Shown in pieces: positions 11,871-24,752 of a stretch of DNA of 64,000 bases (within the stretch, counting starts at the first letter, position 1; every line of letters begins with the position of its first letter). The stretch is from Octopus sinensis (Eukaryota): NCBI RefSeq assembly GCF_006345805.1, contig NC_043012.1, forward strand, positions 34,472,001 to 34,536,000, in the 5' to 3' direction. Under the pieces are notes generated by a model. That model did no database searches. It had not been told where the DNA came from and saw only the letters and a program-made list of their open reading frames with translations. A program made the position numbers and the translations under genes.

Positions 11871-12761
11871 CAGGGTGCGGTTAATATATTGTCGTGTAAA
11901 GTACGCAAAAATGAAAATAAAACTGGGATCTCATTTTAACAGATATATTTACTAAAATTACATAAAAATGTCTTGAAATACTAAAGAGCAAATTTATTCA
12001 ATGAAATCGCCATTAGCTTCGACCATGGCCTGCAGACGACTTCGGAATCTCCTGAAACTCTTCTGGACGATCTCCTCATTCAAGTTGGTCAGAACTGTCA
12101 TAATCGTTGCCTTCAGTTCATCTTTAGTGTTACAAGGAGTTTTGTTGGTCTCTTGCTCAACTGCACCCCCCACATAATAATCAAGAGGGTTGCAGTCTGG
12201 GAAGTTAGGTGGCCAGACATTAGGGGTGATGTGGTTGCAGAAATTGTCTGACAGTCATCACTGGGTTCTCTTGCCTATGTGGCATGGTGCAGAGTCCTGT
12301 TGCCAGACACAGGGTCTTCCAGCAGCAACCCTGTTGACTTAGGGCAGCACTATCTCCTCCAGGAACTTGATGTAGGTCTCCGTGTTGAGTCTGAGGCGTA
12401 TGGGGAGATGAATAGAGATACAACGTCACCATCACTATTGATGGCGACGTGGTATTACCAAACATCATGATGTTGACTGGATGCCTGATTTTGTTTATCA
12501 CACTCGGTACTTGCACTGTCCTCAGTTCGACAACCAAACACTCTGAAATGCTAGTATTGGAGCTTCTTGTGCGAATGCCAAGCAATACAGCATGTCGTTT
12601 CCAAATTTCTGGTAGAGTAAATTACGTCATGGTGTTGTTCTTCTCACAAACGATGCCCAAGTGACCCTACTATACTGTGTGGTTGACAAAATAAAAAATA
12701 TATATAAACAATGCGCGAAGTTAAAAATATGAAATGGCGACAATTTACCCACCGCATCCTG
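11871..12761 (-). mobile_element. Internally deleted DD37D (maT-type) Tc1/mariner transposon
   Basis: TA-flanked TIRs cagggtgcggttaatatattgtcg / cgacaatttacccaccgcatcctg. Minus strand reads WQQDSAPCH...WPPNFPDCNPLDYYV with 37 residues between the second and third D; in-frame stops are present. Confidence 0.9.
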
Positions 12762-13118
12762 TATATGGGGCACCACAATCTTTTAAGTTCTTAGGGCCTG
12801 TATGGGCCTTAACCCGGCCCTGTACATGCGCACACGTGCGTATGTGTTAATTCACCTCCAGTGTTGGTTTGTTTATGCCCCTGTAAATTAGCGGTTCGGC
12901 AAAAGAAATTGTTACAATAAATACTAGATTCAAAAAGAAAAGTAAGGTTGATTTGTTGATCTAAGCCTGGCTGCAGTTCAATGACTGAAAGAAGTAAAAG
13001 AAGAAGAAAGAAAAACTAAAGATACGCACATTTATACATACATGGACACGCACACACACACACATACATACACACACACACACATACACACATATACACG
13101 AACACACACACAGACACA

Positions 13119-13158
<40 letters not shown>

Positions 13159-13819
13159 CAGGAGAATGATGGAAATGTTGATGATTAACAACTGAGCGAA
13201 GGTGGTGAGAATGAATGAAGACGGTGTAATGGGAGGGAACTTGGTCTGGTCATTATAGAAATGAATACAGTAAGCCATCCTTTCTAGATATATTTTCCAG
13301 GAAAACTTTGAATACGTTATATATTATATAAAGGAGTACATGGTAGAGATGATGATGATATCACCAACTCCTATGTATTTTTGTGTATTTTTACACAGTT
13401 CGAAGAATTACCGTACAGTTGTTACTTAAGGTGCATATGTTTGGCTATCAGAGATAATATCAGCTGACTTCTGGCTATCAGACAAATTCAATATGGCTGC
13501 TCAGCTAGAACACTTCTCACAGTCGCCTTATTGAAGTTATGTAATGAATCGAAAACTGCGCATCTCCGTTAAAGATTCGTTTATAGCTGCTGACGATGAA
13601 ACTGTTGATCCAAAGAACTATATAAAGACATACGCAGCTCTACCATCAATATTAAGTATGTCTCTCAAACTCTTTTATGTATGCGTGTATGTATTTATAT
13701 ATTAACACACACACACACACACACACACGTATATATTTATATATAAATACATACATATATATATTCATATATAAATACACACACATACACACATATATAT
13801 ATGTATACATATACATATG

Positions 13820-13869
<50 letters not shown>

Positions 13870-13872
13870 TGC

Positions 13873-13904
<32 letters not shown>

Positions 13905-13908
13905 TATA

Positions 13909-13939
<31 letters not shown>

Positions 13940-13962
13940 CATATATGCATATATATATTTAT

Positions 13963-14013
<51 letters not shown>

Positions 14014-14319
14014 TATGTATATATATTTCATGTATACTTATATATGTATATACATATATATATATACATACATGCATATATATATATATACGTATGTATG
14101 TATATATATTTATATACTCGTATGCGAATGCGAATACACAGCACGCACACACACACATACACACATCTACACCACGTATGCACACGCACATATATATACA
14201 TGGCATTCGAACGCATTGGCTCTCAACGCTAAGTCTCCTCGTCTGAGGATTGCCTCTGGATATGATGACGTGAAGTGGATTCAGCTAATATAAGACTGCA
14301 AATTTCATCCATCGCAGGT

Positions 14320-14640
14320 ATTGTCTTCCTTTCAATTCGCTCGTAAAGGAGAAATTATTGCAAACGCCATGCCCTGACTCTTTCTCCGTCCTTCCCTTTC
14401 TCTCTCGACACACTCACATGCGCACGCATAATGCGCGCGCGCGCGTACACGACGGATTTCCGTCTCCCAAATCCCACGCAGAAGCTAGTGGCTTACCTAA
14501 GGCTATTGGTACACAGAACACGGAATTGAGCTTTGTACGAAGCGACCTTCTTCAACATACGACCAAGCCTGCCATTTTGTTAATCAGCTGAAATGGTTAA
14601 GCAAATCTCACACAAACTGCAATATTTGATCTAATTGCTA
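14320..14640 (-). repeat. Local duplication, copy 2, containing a candidate 91-nt exon (14587-14497, minus strand)
   Basis: The core differs from copy 1 at one base while the flanks are clearly more diverged; offset is 3020 bp. Confidence 0.7.
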
Positions 14641-15949
14641 ATCTAATATATTAAAATAAACTGACCAGGGGTTGTTTTTTTCTTGGTTGCTTCGATGTTG
14701 TCATAATCGTATCATGTATTAAATATCATCGCCAATACAGCTGTGATTAGGTATATGTTTATACACACAACATATGCATAACAAAATTATATCTACGCTC
14801 ATACTCGGATACATGCATACACACACACTCACATACATATATACACACACATACACACAACTGCATACGCACGCAGACAGCTATAGAGGCAGAAATACAT
14901 ATAAACACAAATAAAACTCTCGTGTACACACCCATATACAAAGCAAATTGTACATACATACACATACAAATATAGAGACATAAACACGGATAAAACTACA
15001 CATAGTCACACTCGTCTGCACACATACTCACACATACTTACATATATACATACACACACACATAGTTATGATTACATAAATACATACACCCACATACACA
15101 CGCATATCTAGAAACAATCTCGGATACATACGCAAAACTATATAAAGGGAACGTACTGGCACGTATACATACAGAAGCACAAAGCCACCCATATATACAT
15201 ACCCACGTACACAGGTAGAGACAGACAAAGACCCGTAGAGAACGTTCGAGACGTGATCGATCGTTTAATGATTTAACATATTTCATATTTTTTTTTCATT
15301 GCATTGACGACAATTGCAAAATAAATATTCTGTCAATCTCAGGCAGTTATTGACTTCCATAAATTATCGTCTGCCTCATCCAATTTTTCTCACTCACTCG
15401 CACATATTTCCGCCTCTGCTCCCCTCTCTCTCTGTATACATCAATCTTTCATTACTCCGCCTTTCTCTCTGTATACATCTATCTTTCTTTACTCCCCCTC
15501 TCTCGTTTGCTCAGTGGATGACGATGTCTTTCTGTGCAACAGTTTTTGTTATTCGAGTTATTTTTCCTCTGATTCTGTTTTAAGCTGACAGAGAAGATTA
15601 ATGTGACAGTATGTTGGAGATCAGCCAGCGAGTAAACTACTCTTTTGTGTAGAAATTCTTTCGTCGAATTAAAGGCGTATAGGTAGATATCGGCTTGAGA
15701 AATCGAAACAATAGAGGTAAATATATACTCCCGCTTCTATGGCTCTCCGCCATTGCAATTCTAGCCAACAGATCGATGCCTGATAAACATAAATAAACAA
15801 ATAAATAAATAAGCCTTGCAGATCCGATCGGTTGTTAACGTGTCTGTATCCACACTACACAATGTGTGTGTGTGTGTCAATGGATGTGTGTGTATGTGTG
15901 TGTGTGTGTCTATGGATGTGTGTGTATATATTACGTATATGTATATACG

Positions 15950-15981
<32 letters not shown>

Positions 15982-16024
15982 TATATATATATATGTCTCT
16001 CTCTCTCTCTCTCCCTCTTTCTCT

Positions 16025-16063
<39 letters not shown>

Positions 16064-17149
16064 CTCTATATATATAATTATATGTATATCTTTCTGTTCA
16101 CACACACACACACATATGAAAACATACGCACATATAATTTCGTTAAATGTACATTATTTTTTATCTAAAATTTTAATACAAAATACATATGTAGATATTC
16201 AGTGCTATTAATATTGGCATAAATTATATGCGGATATAATATATTCCCATATATATTTGCACTTGCATACATATTATATATGTACACATGTGTGTCTGTG
16301 TGTTTATATGCGCGGGGGTGTGTACGTGCGTGTGTGTATATAAACGATATTCTTCTGAATAACTGTTCATTGATTTTAATTTTATTTACCATGAAATCGT
16401 TGATTTTCTACATATTTCTTATAACCAAACAGTTCAATATCATCTTTTATGATGTAAACTTAAAAAAAACGTATAACTGTTCAGGTTAAGTTGTTGCCAA
16501 AGTCAACGTGACGAAAAACTCTTTGACGTCAGAAGACTGACTGTAATAGTAATTTTTAGTCTATATTTTCTTTCCCTTCGCGTTTTTATAGTCCAATTAT
16601 CGTAAATTTCAACAACGTATCTTTCTTTTTCTTGTATTTTTCATAAGAAAATTTGGCAACAATAGGCATAAGATCTAATTCAGCTTTTTCATAATCACAT
16701 GAATGACGAATTATTATTTTCTATGGAATTCTCAAGACAAATCAACATTCACTAAGGCAAACAACAGAACCAAGAGTCTATTAATAAACAACGACATAGA
16801 TAGATATATTTTTAGAAAACATAACAACTGGGTTTGGCTGTATGCTCGTTTAATTTCAGTTGCTCTACTTAACTTTTCTTAAGTCATTATATTTTAAGAT
16901 TAAAAAGGAAATCCATTTATTTTATGAACAATAAGTTGCTTGTAAGTTTTTGACAGGTCAAACACTGGAGTATTGCATTTCCGATGTCGACAGAGAGAAG
17001 GAAGTCTCAGTACAGCTTCGATGGAGCAAATAATAGAAAGTACTTTTGTTCGAAGGCAATGATTTATCGGCTGATTCACCTATGTGCACATCCTTCATGG
17101 CAAAAGTCATAAGACCTTAGATGAGAATCAAAAAGTGATAGGATAACTG

Positions 17150-17362
17150 TTTCAAAACCCCCAGATTACAATATCCAGATTACAAATTCGTATCTATACC
17201 AATAATAATTGGCGCACTTGGTTTTGTGAGTAAAAATCTGATAGTCTGGATAAGCTTGGATTTTCAGAAAAAGAAATCAGCCAACTGACTCCCACGTTAC
17301 AAATTCAGTCTGTAAGGGAAACAGTAAAACTCTGCAAGACTTTTCTCAAGTTTAAAATGTGA
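17150..17362 (+). mobile_element. 3' end of an R4/Dong-like LINE (restriction-like endonuclease tail)
   Basis: YPDYKFVSIPIIIGALGFV...LDKLGFSEKEISQLTPTLQIQSVRETVKLCKTFLKFKM* resembles the PIxIGALG...LQ...FL terminus of restriction-like-endonuclease (RLE) LINEs. Confidence 0.65.
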
Positions 17363-17435
17363 CACTGTTTTCATTATCCTCATTCTAACACTGGAGCTTT
17401 GTACTTATGCTAGAAACCAACCCCTTCCTCAAATA

Positions 17436-17885
17436 ATTAAGATGGGTCTGCCAAGATGCCTGATAACCGTCTCCCGAAAATAGTCTTCTTCGGAGAGCTA
17501 TCAACCGGTGTTCACCTGCAAGGGGGACCCAAGAAAAGGTTTAAGGACGATCTTAAGCTTGTCCTCGATTCCTGAAACAGTCAACCGGTACAACTTGATC
17601 ATCTCGCCCAGAACTGACAAACCTAGCGCCCCCTCTGCGACGAAGGAGCTGCACACTTTGAACTAATCCGGCGTGAGAAACTTCAGGAAAAGAGACGTCG
17701 ACTTCATCTCAGACTCACCAACAACATAATGGGCAACTTCCCTTGTCATCTGTGCTCAAGGACATGCCATTCCAGGATCGGACTGTTTTCACATATATCA
17801 ACTTACAAAATATAGGATAAGACTCCTGGAGGACAATATCGTCGTCAAAATTGACGGACAACCATAAGCAAGTAAGCAAAGTAAG
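17436..17885 (+). mobile_element. 3' fragment of an RTE (BovB-like) LINE
   Basis: MPDNRLPKIVFFGELSTG...GGPKKRFKDDLK...FPCHLCSRTCHSRIGLFSH, followed by an (AAGT/AAGC)-type tail. Confidence 0.85.
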
Positions 17886-18564
17886 ACCTACAGCAAACGG
17901 AAATTTAACGACATCAACTTCACCGATGTCGTAGCCTATTCACTAATTATGGGCTCTACCTCTGTCTCCAGACTCAGCAAGTAAAATAAATAAATAAATA
18001 AATAAAGTCAATAGTTAAGAAATACGAGAGATAACTTCTCAAGACTGGAATAGTTGATATTGGAGTTTTAGTTCTCAGTAAAAAGATAATCTCAGTTAAT
18101 CGGATGTATTATTTTCTAACCAGTCTATTAGTTTATGTAATATTATGTTTATAATACTACATTAGCAGTACCTGGCGTACACAGTGCACCCCACTCCTCT
18201 GAAAGATTTTCCTCATTATGTATCAATTATAGTTGGTCTTCTTAATTAACGCCACTATTGTCTCCTATTTCTGTATATACTAATCAGCTAATCATTTCTT
18301 CGTATTACTTCGCTGATAAAATCTAACAAGATCAAAAACGCCCGTTACTCCCACGAGTGGGCTTTAAAGACAAAATTAACTCTTAGCTGCGATGTTTTTC
18401 ATTTTTCCAAAATTTGAGTTAATTGATATTGTTGCAATCTTTTATATTGCTTTTATATTTAACACACTCACAATAACACCTGTCTTTTCATTGCGCTAAT
18501 GATTGACAGATAATTGAAGTGTTTTTCCAATCTCAGTCTGTCATATATATATATATATATATAT

Positions 18565-18866
18565 CACCGTGACCGACCAGGCTATCAGATGTTACTACAC
18601 CATCGCTGGTCACAATGCGCTTCGCACTGTTTTAGCTTCCAAATGACGCCACCCCGCTGGTTAAGCGAGCAGGCCAACAGAAGAAAGAGTGAGAGAAAGT
18701 TGTGGTGAAAGAGTACAGCAGGGATCGCCACCACCCCCTGCCGGAGCCTCGTTGAGCTTTAGGTGTTTTCGCTCAATAAACACTCACAACGCCCGGTCTG
18801 GGAATCGAAACCACGATCCTACAACCGCGAGTCCGCTGCCCTAACCACTGGGCCATTGCTCCTCCA
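18565..18866 (-). mobile_element. SINE family C (tRNA-derived head)
   Basis: Minus strand has A box tggcccagtgg and B box ggtttcgattcc; the body is shared with copies at 30915 and 42375. Confidence 0.85.
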
Positions 18867-18877
18867 CACACACACAC

Positions 18878-18919
<42 letters not shown>

Positions 18920-19129
18920 ACACACACATGTACATGAGTGAGTGGACAAACGAAAGAAGGTTGCATTCAACATATTTTGGTAGGAGTTGCATATATTATT
19001 TAATAACACTTTGATTTAGCTCCGTGGAACTTTCGAACTAAATTCGTCAAGCATCTGGAAATAGAGTAATACTGACCCCTTTTGAACGCATCTACAACAA
19101 AAGACATATCGACCACGACCTTAGAATGG

Positions 19130-19720
19130 CACACACGCAAATATTAAAAATGATGCATTCAAAAGAGGTACCCAAGAATTCATTATAAACAGTCTCAATC
19201 ACTGCTATAATCCACAATGAACCACTTTTAGGTCACTTGATAATTTAAAATCCTACCACTATCACACCATCCCGCATTCTCTTATTCTTTCTCTTTTCTT
19301 TCTCCTTCTTCTTCGTCTTCTTCTTCTTCCTCTCCTCCACCTCATTCCTTACTTAACTATTACTGCTGTTTAGAATAGCACCTACGCAAATATTATAAAC
19401 AATACATTCAAAGGAGATATCTCAAGAATTCAGTCACTACTACCATTCACAACAAATCACTTTAAGGGCTCTTGACCATTTAACTTCCTATTACTATCAT
19501 AGCACTCCCGCATTCTTCTTCTTCTTCTTCTTCTTCTTCTTCTTCTTCTTCACAACGACCTCGAACCCACAAGAGCAAACAAAAGAAGCAGAGAGAGGCA
19601 GAATGCAAATATTCTTTTAAAAAACTTTTCATTTAATTTTTCCAAAATTTAATTGTTTTCCATACTTACAGTTGAACAAGTCTTAATGACCGAAACCGTT
19701 ACTGAAATGTTTTTTTTATA
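19130..19720 (+). repeat. Two ~250-bp degenerate direct repeats followed by a decayed hammerhead-like motif (possible Penelope-type terminal repeat)
   Basis: cacgcaaatatta...attcaaaagag...ccactttta...ctatca...cccgcattct occurs at ~19135 and ~19385; gttgaacaagtcttaatgaccgaaaccgtta lies at ~19672-19700. Confidence 0.4.
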
Positions 19721-19814
19721 AAATTATTTTAGCATTTTCTATCTTGATTTTTCCATACACACACACACACACACACATACAAACACATACACGCACAGAC
19801 ACACAGACACACAG

Positions 19815-19848
<34 letters not shown>

Positions 19849-20038
19849 ACACACACACACATATATATCCTCGAACTCTATGCTTAATGTTGAGTACACT
19901 ATTATAGATTGTTCATAACCTCCTTGTTACGAACGGAAACGCCTTCGATTATACATATCGCACACGGACACACACTTACATATATACTGAAAAAGAGATA
20001 CAGAAAGAGAAAGAGAGAACGCTGGAGACAGAGCAAGC

Positions 20039-20070
<32 letters not shown>

Positions 20071-20429
20071 CGGTACAGGAAATATACATCCATGAAGATG
20101 CATAGATAGTTACGTATCTGAAACATTGTCAGAATTATATTGGTTAGTGGTCTCTTCAGGAATCGATTAAAACTTCCATTAAAGTTGTTGAAAACGCCAA
20201 AGATTTCGAAGGAAATCGCCACAAAGATAAGATAATCATTGGAGACGTGGTTTAAATGGGAATATACACAACAATACATTGATAATCTAATGGGTTCTAT
20301 TCAATAGTGAAGAACATGCGAGAACTATCGCCTTCAGAACTCTTCAATTTGAGCATAAAATTTACTTTACAGAATCCATTTGAATATGTACAAATTATAT
20401 TTACTCAATGTTAACTCTCCCTTATCTCG

Positions 20430-20500
<71 letters not shown>

Positions 20501-20532
20501 GTCTCTCCTGCTCCCTCTCTCCCACTCTCTCA

Positions 20533-20589
<57 letters not shown>

Positions 20590-20617
20590 CATACATGCGT
20601 CTCTCTTTCTTTCTCTC

Positions 20618-20649
<32 letters not shown>

Positions 20650-20702
20650 GCATACATACATATATATGTAAGTATATGTATGTATACACACACATACATG
20701 CA

Positions 20703-20787
<85 letters not shown>

Positions 20788-22034
20788 CCTTCGTTTTAAT
20801 TTGGTCTTCTATTGCCAGTGTTTCAATCTTTGGTCTGTGGATAAAAGCCTATGAAAAAATCGGAAAGAAAAACAAAAACAAAAACAAAAACAAATCGATA
20901 AAAATACAAAAATATTCGTTCTCCTGTCACTCTCACTGACCTTTTCATCTGACCCTCCTACCACCATATGCACTCTGTTGCACAAATAAGAGAACTAAAT
21001 AGTTTCATCTCTGTTTTGGTCAAATATACGTTGCTGAAAGAAAAATACAATATCGAATTAAATATATTATTTAGAACGAAAGAAGTGAATTCCAAAGATA
21101 TGTAAAGTTTTATTAAAACCAATTTTAACGTATTTTTTCCCTTTTTTATCTCGACGTACAGACCTCATGTAGCAAGTACCTTCTCTCGCTCTATTTATTG
21201 CATGTATGCACTTATCAAGGAAATGTTAAGTGAATTTCTTTGACCATTTCTCTATATTAACACAGTTAATAATATCTTTCCTATTTGAATCACGTTTATT
21301 GAACAAGCAACACCGATAAAATATTCCTGCTATTTCATTTTGTATTCAATTACGGGAAGATTTACAATGTTTTTGGTATTTTTATCTTATGTAGCTAAAT
21401 TGGACGCTTGTTATTCTCAGTATTCTCATTCTTTTTTGTTTTTTTTTTCTCACAGCTGCAAGTATATAAGGAATTTTTGGACTTAACTTTAAATCCTTAC
21501 TAATTTCTCTTATTGCCTTCTTTTTCTTCTTTTTGTTATTCTATGTGATTTTACTAATTAGACCTTTCTAGGATTTCTTGATTTTATTAACTAATTTGAT
21601 TGCATACGTGAGATAAATAATGACTATCATATCAATAATTAAAGATGGTTGCATAAAGGTTTACTTCTGTCAAGGGTTCAATGCCTCGTCTCAACCCCAA
21701 ATCATGAAATCTGTTTTTATTCCATCATCAAAATACTAAAGCTCCTAAAAAACATAATTGTTATTCATTATGAACATCCCGTTCCGTAGTGGAAACACCA
21801 GAGGCAGTTGTTGCTTTTAGCGTTGCGTTGGCTGAGGTCAGCCGTTGTTGAGGTGCTCTATAACAGGCAGGAAGTCGATTGGAGTTGCGATCCACAAGTC
21901 ATCTGGATCTAATTTCTGTATGTTACTGTTTAGTCCTTGGCCATTCTTGATCGACCATAAGTATGAGCAAAGAGGTTCCAACCGTAATCATTCCATCTCT
22001 TTGCATATCTAGGATTATATTATATATTGTGAAA

Positions 22035-22263
22035 GGCAGCGAGCTGGTAGAAACGTTAGCACGCCGGGCGAAATTCGTAGCCGTATTTCATCTGTCGTTA
22101 CGTTCCGAGTTCAAATTCCGCCGAGGTCGACTTTGCCTTTCATCCTTTCGGGGTCGATAAATTAAGTGCCAGTTACGCACTGGGGTCGATGTAATCGACT
22201 TAATCCCTTTGCCTGTCCTTGTTTGTCCCCTCTGCGTTTGGCCCCTTGTGGGTAGTAAAGAAA
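22035..22263 (+). mobile_element. SINE family A with 16-bp TSD tatatattgtgaaagg
   Basis: The duplicated 16-mer is at 22021-22036 and 22266-22281. Confidence 0.9.
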
Positions 22264-22273
22264 TATATATATT

Positions 22274-22530
22274 GTGAAAGGTAGAAGAGTCCAGTTTGCT
22301 GGACATTGTTGTAGAGCTGAAAATGAGGTAATTTCTACTCTTCTCCTCTGGAAGCCATCTGCTCGCGATACCAGAGGGCGCACACTCTCCTACTCTGATG
22401 TAATCTCCAGGGATACAGGCATCCAGCAACAGGACCTCCGTAACGCTATGATGGACCGTGAAGTCTGGCGTAACATAGTAAATTCCATTGTCTCGACCAC
22501 GGTCGAACAAAGATGATGATGATATCATCT
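22274..22530 (+). mobile_element. 5'-truncated RTE/RTE-X-like LINE 3' end with (GAT)n tail
   Basis: ORF 22274..22516 RRVQFAGHCCR...MMDREVWRNIV fits the RTE 'xAGHxxR...DRxxWR' terminus. Confidence 0.8.
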
Positions 22531-22739
22531 CATGTGTCCTTTTTCGCAACACAGTAGGATTTTGAGGTAACCTGGTTGTTATTTCTCGCAAAGTGAATAA
22601 CCGTGTAAAGGTTACTTCGTTTGGTTGATTCTTGTTATGAGCGAACAGACCTATGATTCGAGGGTTTCCATCCATGCGCATTCCATCTTTATATTTTTCA
22701 GCAATGGTCTTCCTTGGATTATATTATCCAATTTATTAT

Positions 22740-23380
22740 TGTTGTATTTAGGGATGGTCATGTTGCCAGTTTAGCCAATAAAAACACACGCACTATATAT
22801 TTGGTGTTAATTTGCTTCAGCTTTATTTTATTTTTTACATTAATCATATTTCGGCCAGAGTTCTTTCGTCACACTTCTGTGACCTCATCAGTGGTCCTTT
22901 GCTTTCTTCTTTCTTATTTGTGTGTTTCCTTACTAACGATCAGCCATTTTGTATTTTGTATTCCTATTATATGTCTTTATTTGCGTATGCGTATACCCTT
23001 ATCTGTGTCTATGTTTAGTGCGTGTTTGTGGGGGAGTGCCTGTATTATCTGTATCCCCTGTTTATACACGTTGGTTTAATTTGTTTTTATTTATTTTGTT
23101 CATGAGTTTATACCTACTTATTATTATTATTATTTTTTTCTTTCTTTTTTTTACCTTTTTTATATTCTTTCATTTTTTTGTATTTAATTTAATTTAATTT
23201 TGTTAACATAAATAGTTATTTAATTCCATTTGTTTATCTGTCTATTGTATTATATTTTGTTCATAATATATAGTGCGTGTGTTTTATTGGCTAAACTGGC
23301 GACATGACCATCCCCAAATATCTGTGTCACCACATGATTTCACATCAAGAATCTTGCTAAACGAATATATAAACGTAACA
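22740..23380. mobile_element. Penelope-type terminal repeats in inverted arrangement
   Basis: gggatggtcatgttgccagtttagccaataaaaacacacgcactatatatt (~22751-22801) is inverted at ~23266-23315; homologous to 55905-56170; contains a hammerhead motif. Confidence 0.55.
22853..22897 (-). ncRNA. Minimal type I hammerhead ribozyme motif
   Basis: Minus strand: ggacca CUGAUGA g gucaca-gaag-uguGAC GAAA gaa CUC uggcc. Intact core, 6-bp stem II, CUC cleavage triplet, stem I with one mismatch. Confidence 0.6.
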
Positions 23381-23475
23381 ATTTATTATTGTTATCATTT
23401 TGGTCGAATCCTGCTATCGTTCCTCTTGAACTGTTGTAAATTGGTCATTCCTGGAAAGAGAGAGAAAGAGAGAGA

Positions 23476-23499
<24 letters not shown>

Positions 23500-23507
<8 letters not shown>

Positions 23508-23760
23508 AATTTCAGAGGGTCGATATTTTGATGAGTAAGGATAGGATATTGTAGAGAGAGCAAGGCTTGCAGGCTGGGAGATTATATGGATGATGTGAGG
23601 TGGAGAGGCAAGTAAATCGGAAATGCTTGTGTGGAGGCGGTCACGAGATTAATTATAGGAACAGTAGAAAAAGTTGAGAAAGGAGAGAGCCCTTCTGTGA
23701 GGCAGAGGCTGATGCATGGCTGAAAGTGACTTCATGTCAATTGAGTATCCTTTCTCTAAT
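23500..23760 (-). mobile_element. Decayed L2/Crack-like LINE 3' end
   Basis: Minus strand HRRALSFLNFFYCSYN...ISDLLASPP resembles the family at 53890-54330. Confidence 0.4.
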
Positions 23761-23899
23761 TTGAGGAAATTTGGTTACTGTTTCTAGCTGTGAGAGCGAA
23801 CGAAAAGAAAGGGATGATCAAGGCTGAAATACTTTTGATCGTGGGTCGGCCGACTCAAATCTGATAAATGGTTCGATCAAACCGTATGTAAAATTGGCA

Positions 23900-24110
23900 A
23901 ATAAGCAAAAGTGGTCACGTTCAGATTGGTATATGCTTTTCTCAGTTCTTGCTGGTTCTGTGTCGTTGTCTATCGGACATCTGTCCGGCCTTGGCGTGCG
24001 TCTGATACATTTGTCTGTCTGGCTCATACACTCCTCTCCATACACTTTCTGCAACTTTGCGTAAGCCTTTCAGCAGGTATCGCTATGACCAGTTTCTCTG
24101 TCATGGTCAA
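23900..24110 (-). mobile_element. mariner transposase N-terminal helix-turn-helix (HTH) fragment
   Basis: AYAKLQKVYGEECMSQT resembles the mariner 'ExxxKLxxVYGExxMS' HTH region. Confidence 0.5.
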
Positions 24111-24357
24111 TGCGACGATCACATTCTACACACCTTCCTTCCAAGCACTGCTAATGAGCTAGAATTTAGTGCGCATGCAAAGCAAAGTTGACGGTCAGTC
24201 TCTACCAAAAGGTTTTACGCTGCGTGCTTTAGCTTCGTTACTATGTCAACAGTCCAAATACTTATTGATCGAACCTTGTATATATATATATATATATATT
24301 AATATATATATATATATAATATATATATATATACACACATATATTAATATATATCAC

Positions 24358-24415
<58 letters not shown>

Positions 24416-24544
24416 TATACATATATATAATACATTATATATTATATATATACATATATATATATACATATATATATATATACAACTATAATTATATATA
24501 CATAATATTACATATATATATATATACATATATATAATATATAC

Positions 24545-24577
<33 letters not shown>

Positions 24578-24696
24578 CATTCTATATATATATACCTATA
24601 TATATATTATATATACATATATTTATTATACATATATATATATTATATATATATATATAATATATATACATATATATATATATATATATGGATGTG

Positions 24697-24748
<52 letters not shown>

Positions 24749-24752
<4 letters not shown>

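Noticed and set aside
15585-15608. 24-nt microexon (ttttaag|CTGACAGAGAAGATTAATGTGACA|gtatgt)
   Set aside because: Splice signals look good and the frame is open, but such matches arise by chance in 64 kb and no host gene links to it.
18790-18866. tRNA gene (also at 31120-31195 and 42600-42678)
   Set aside because: A and B boxes are present but continue into a shared SINE body, with no intact acceptor stem; these are SINE heads.
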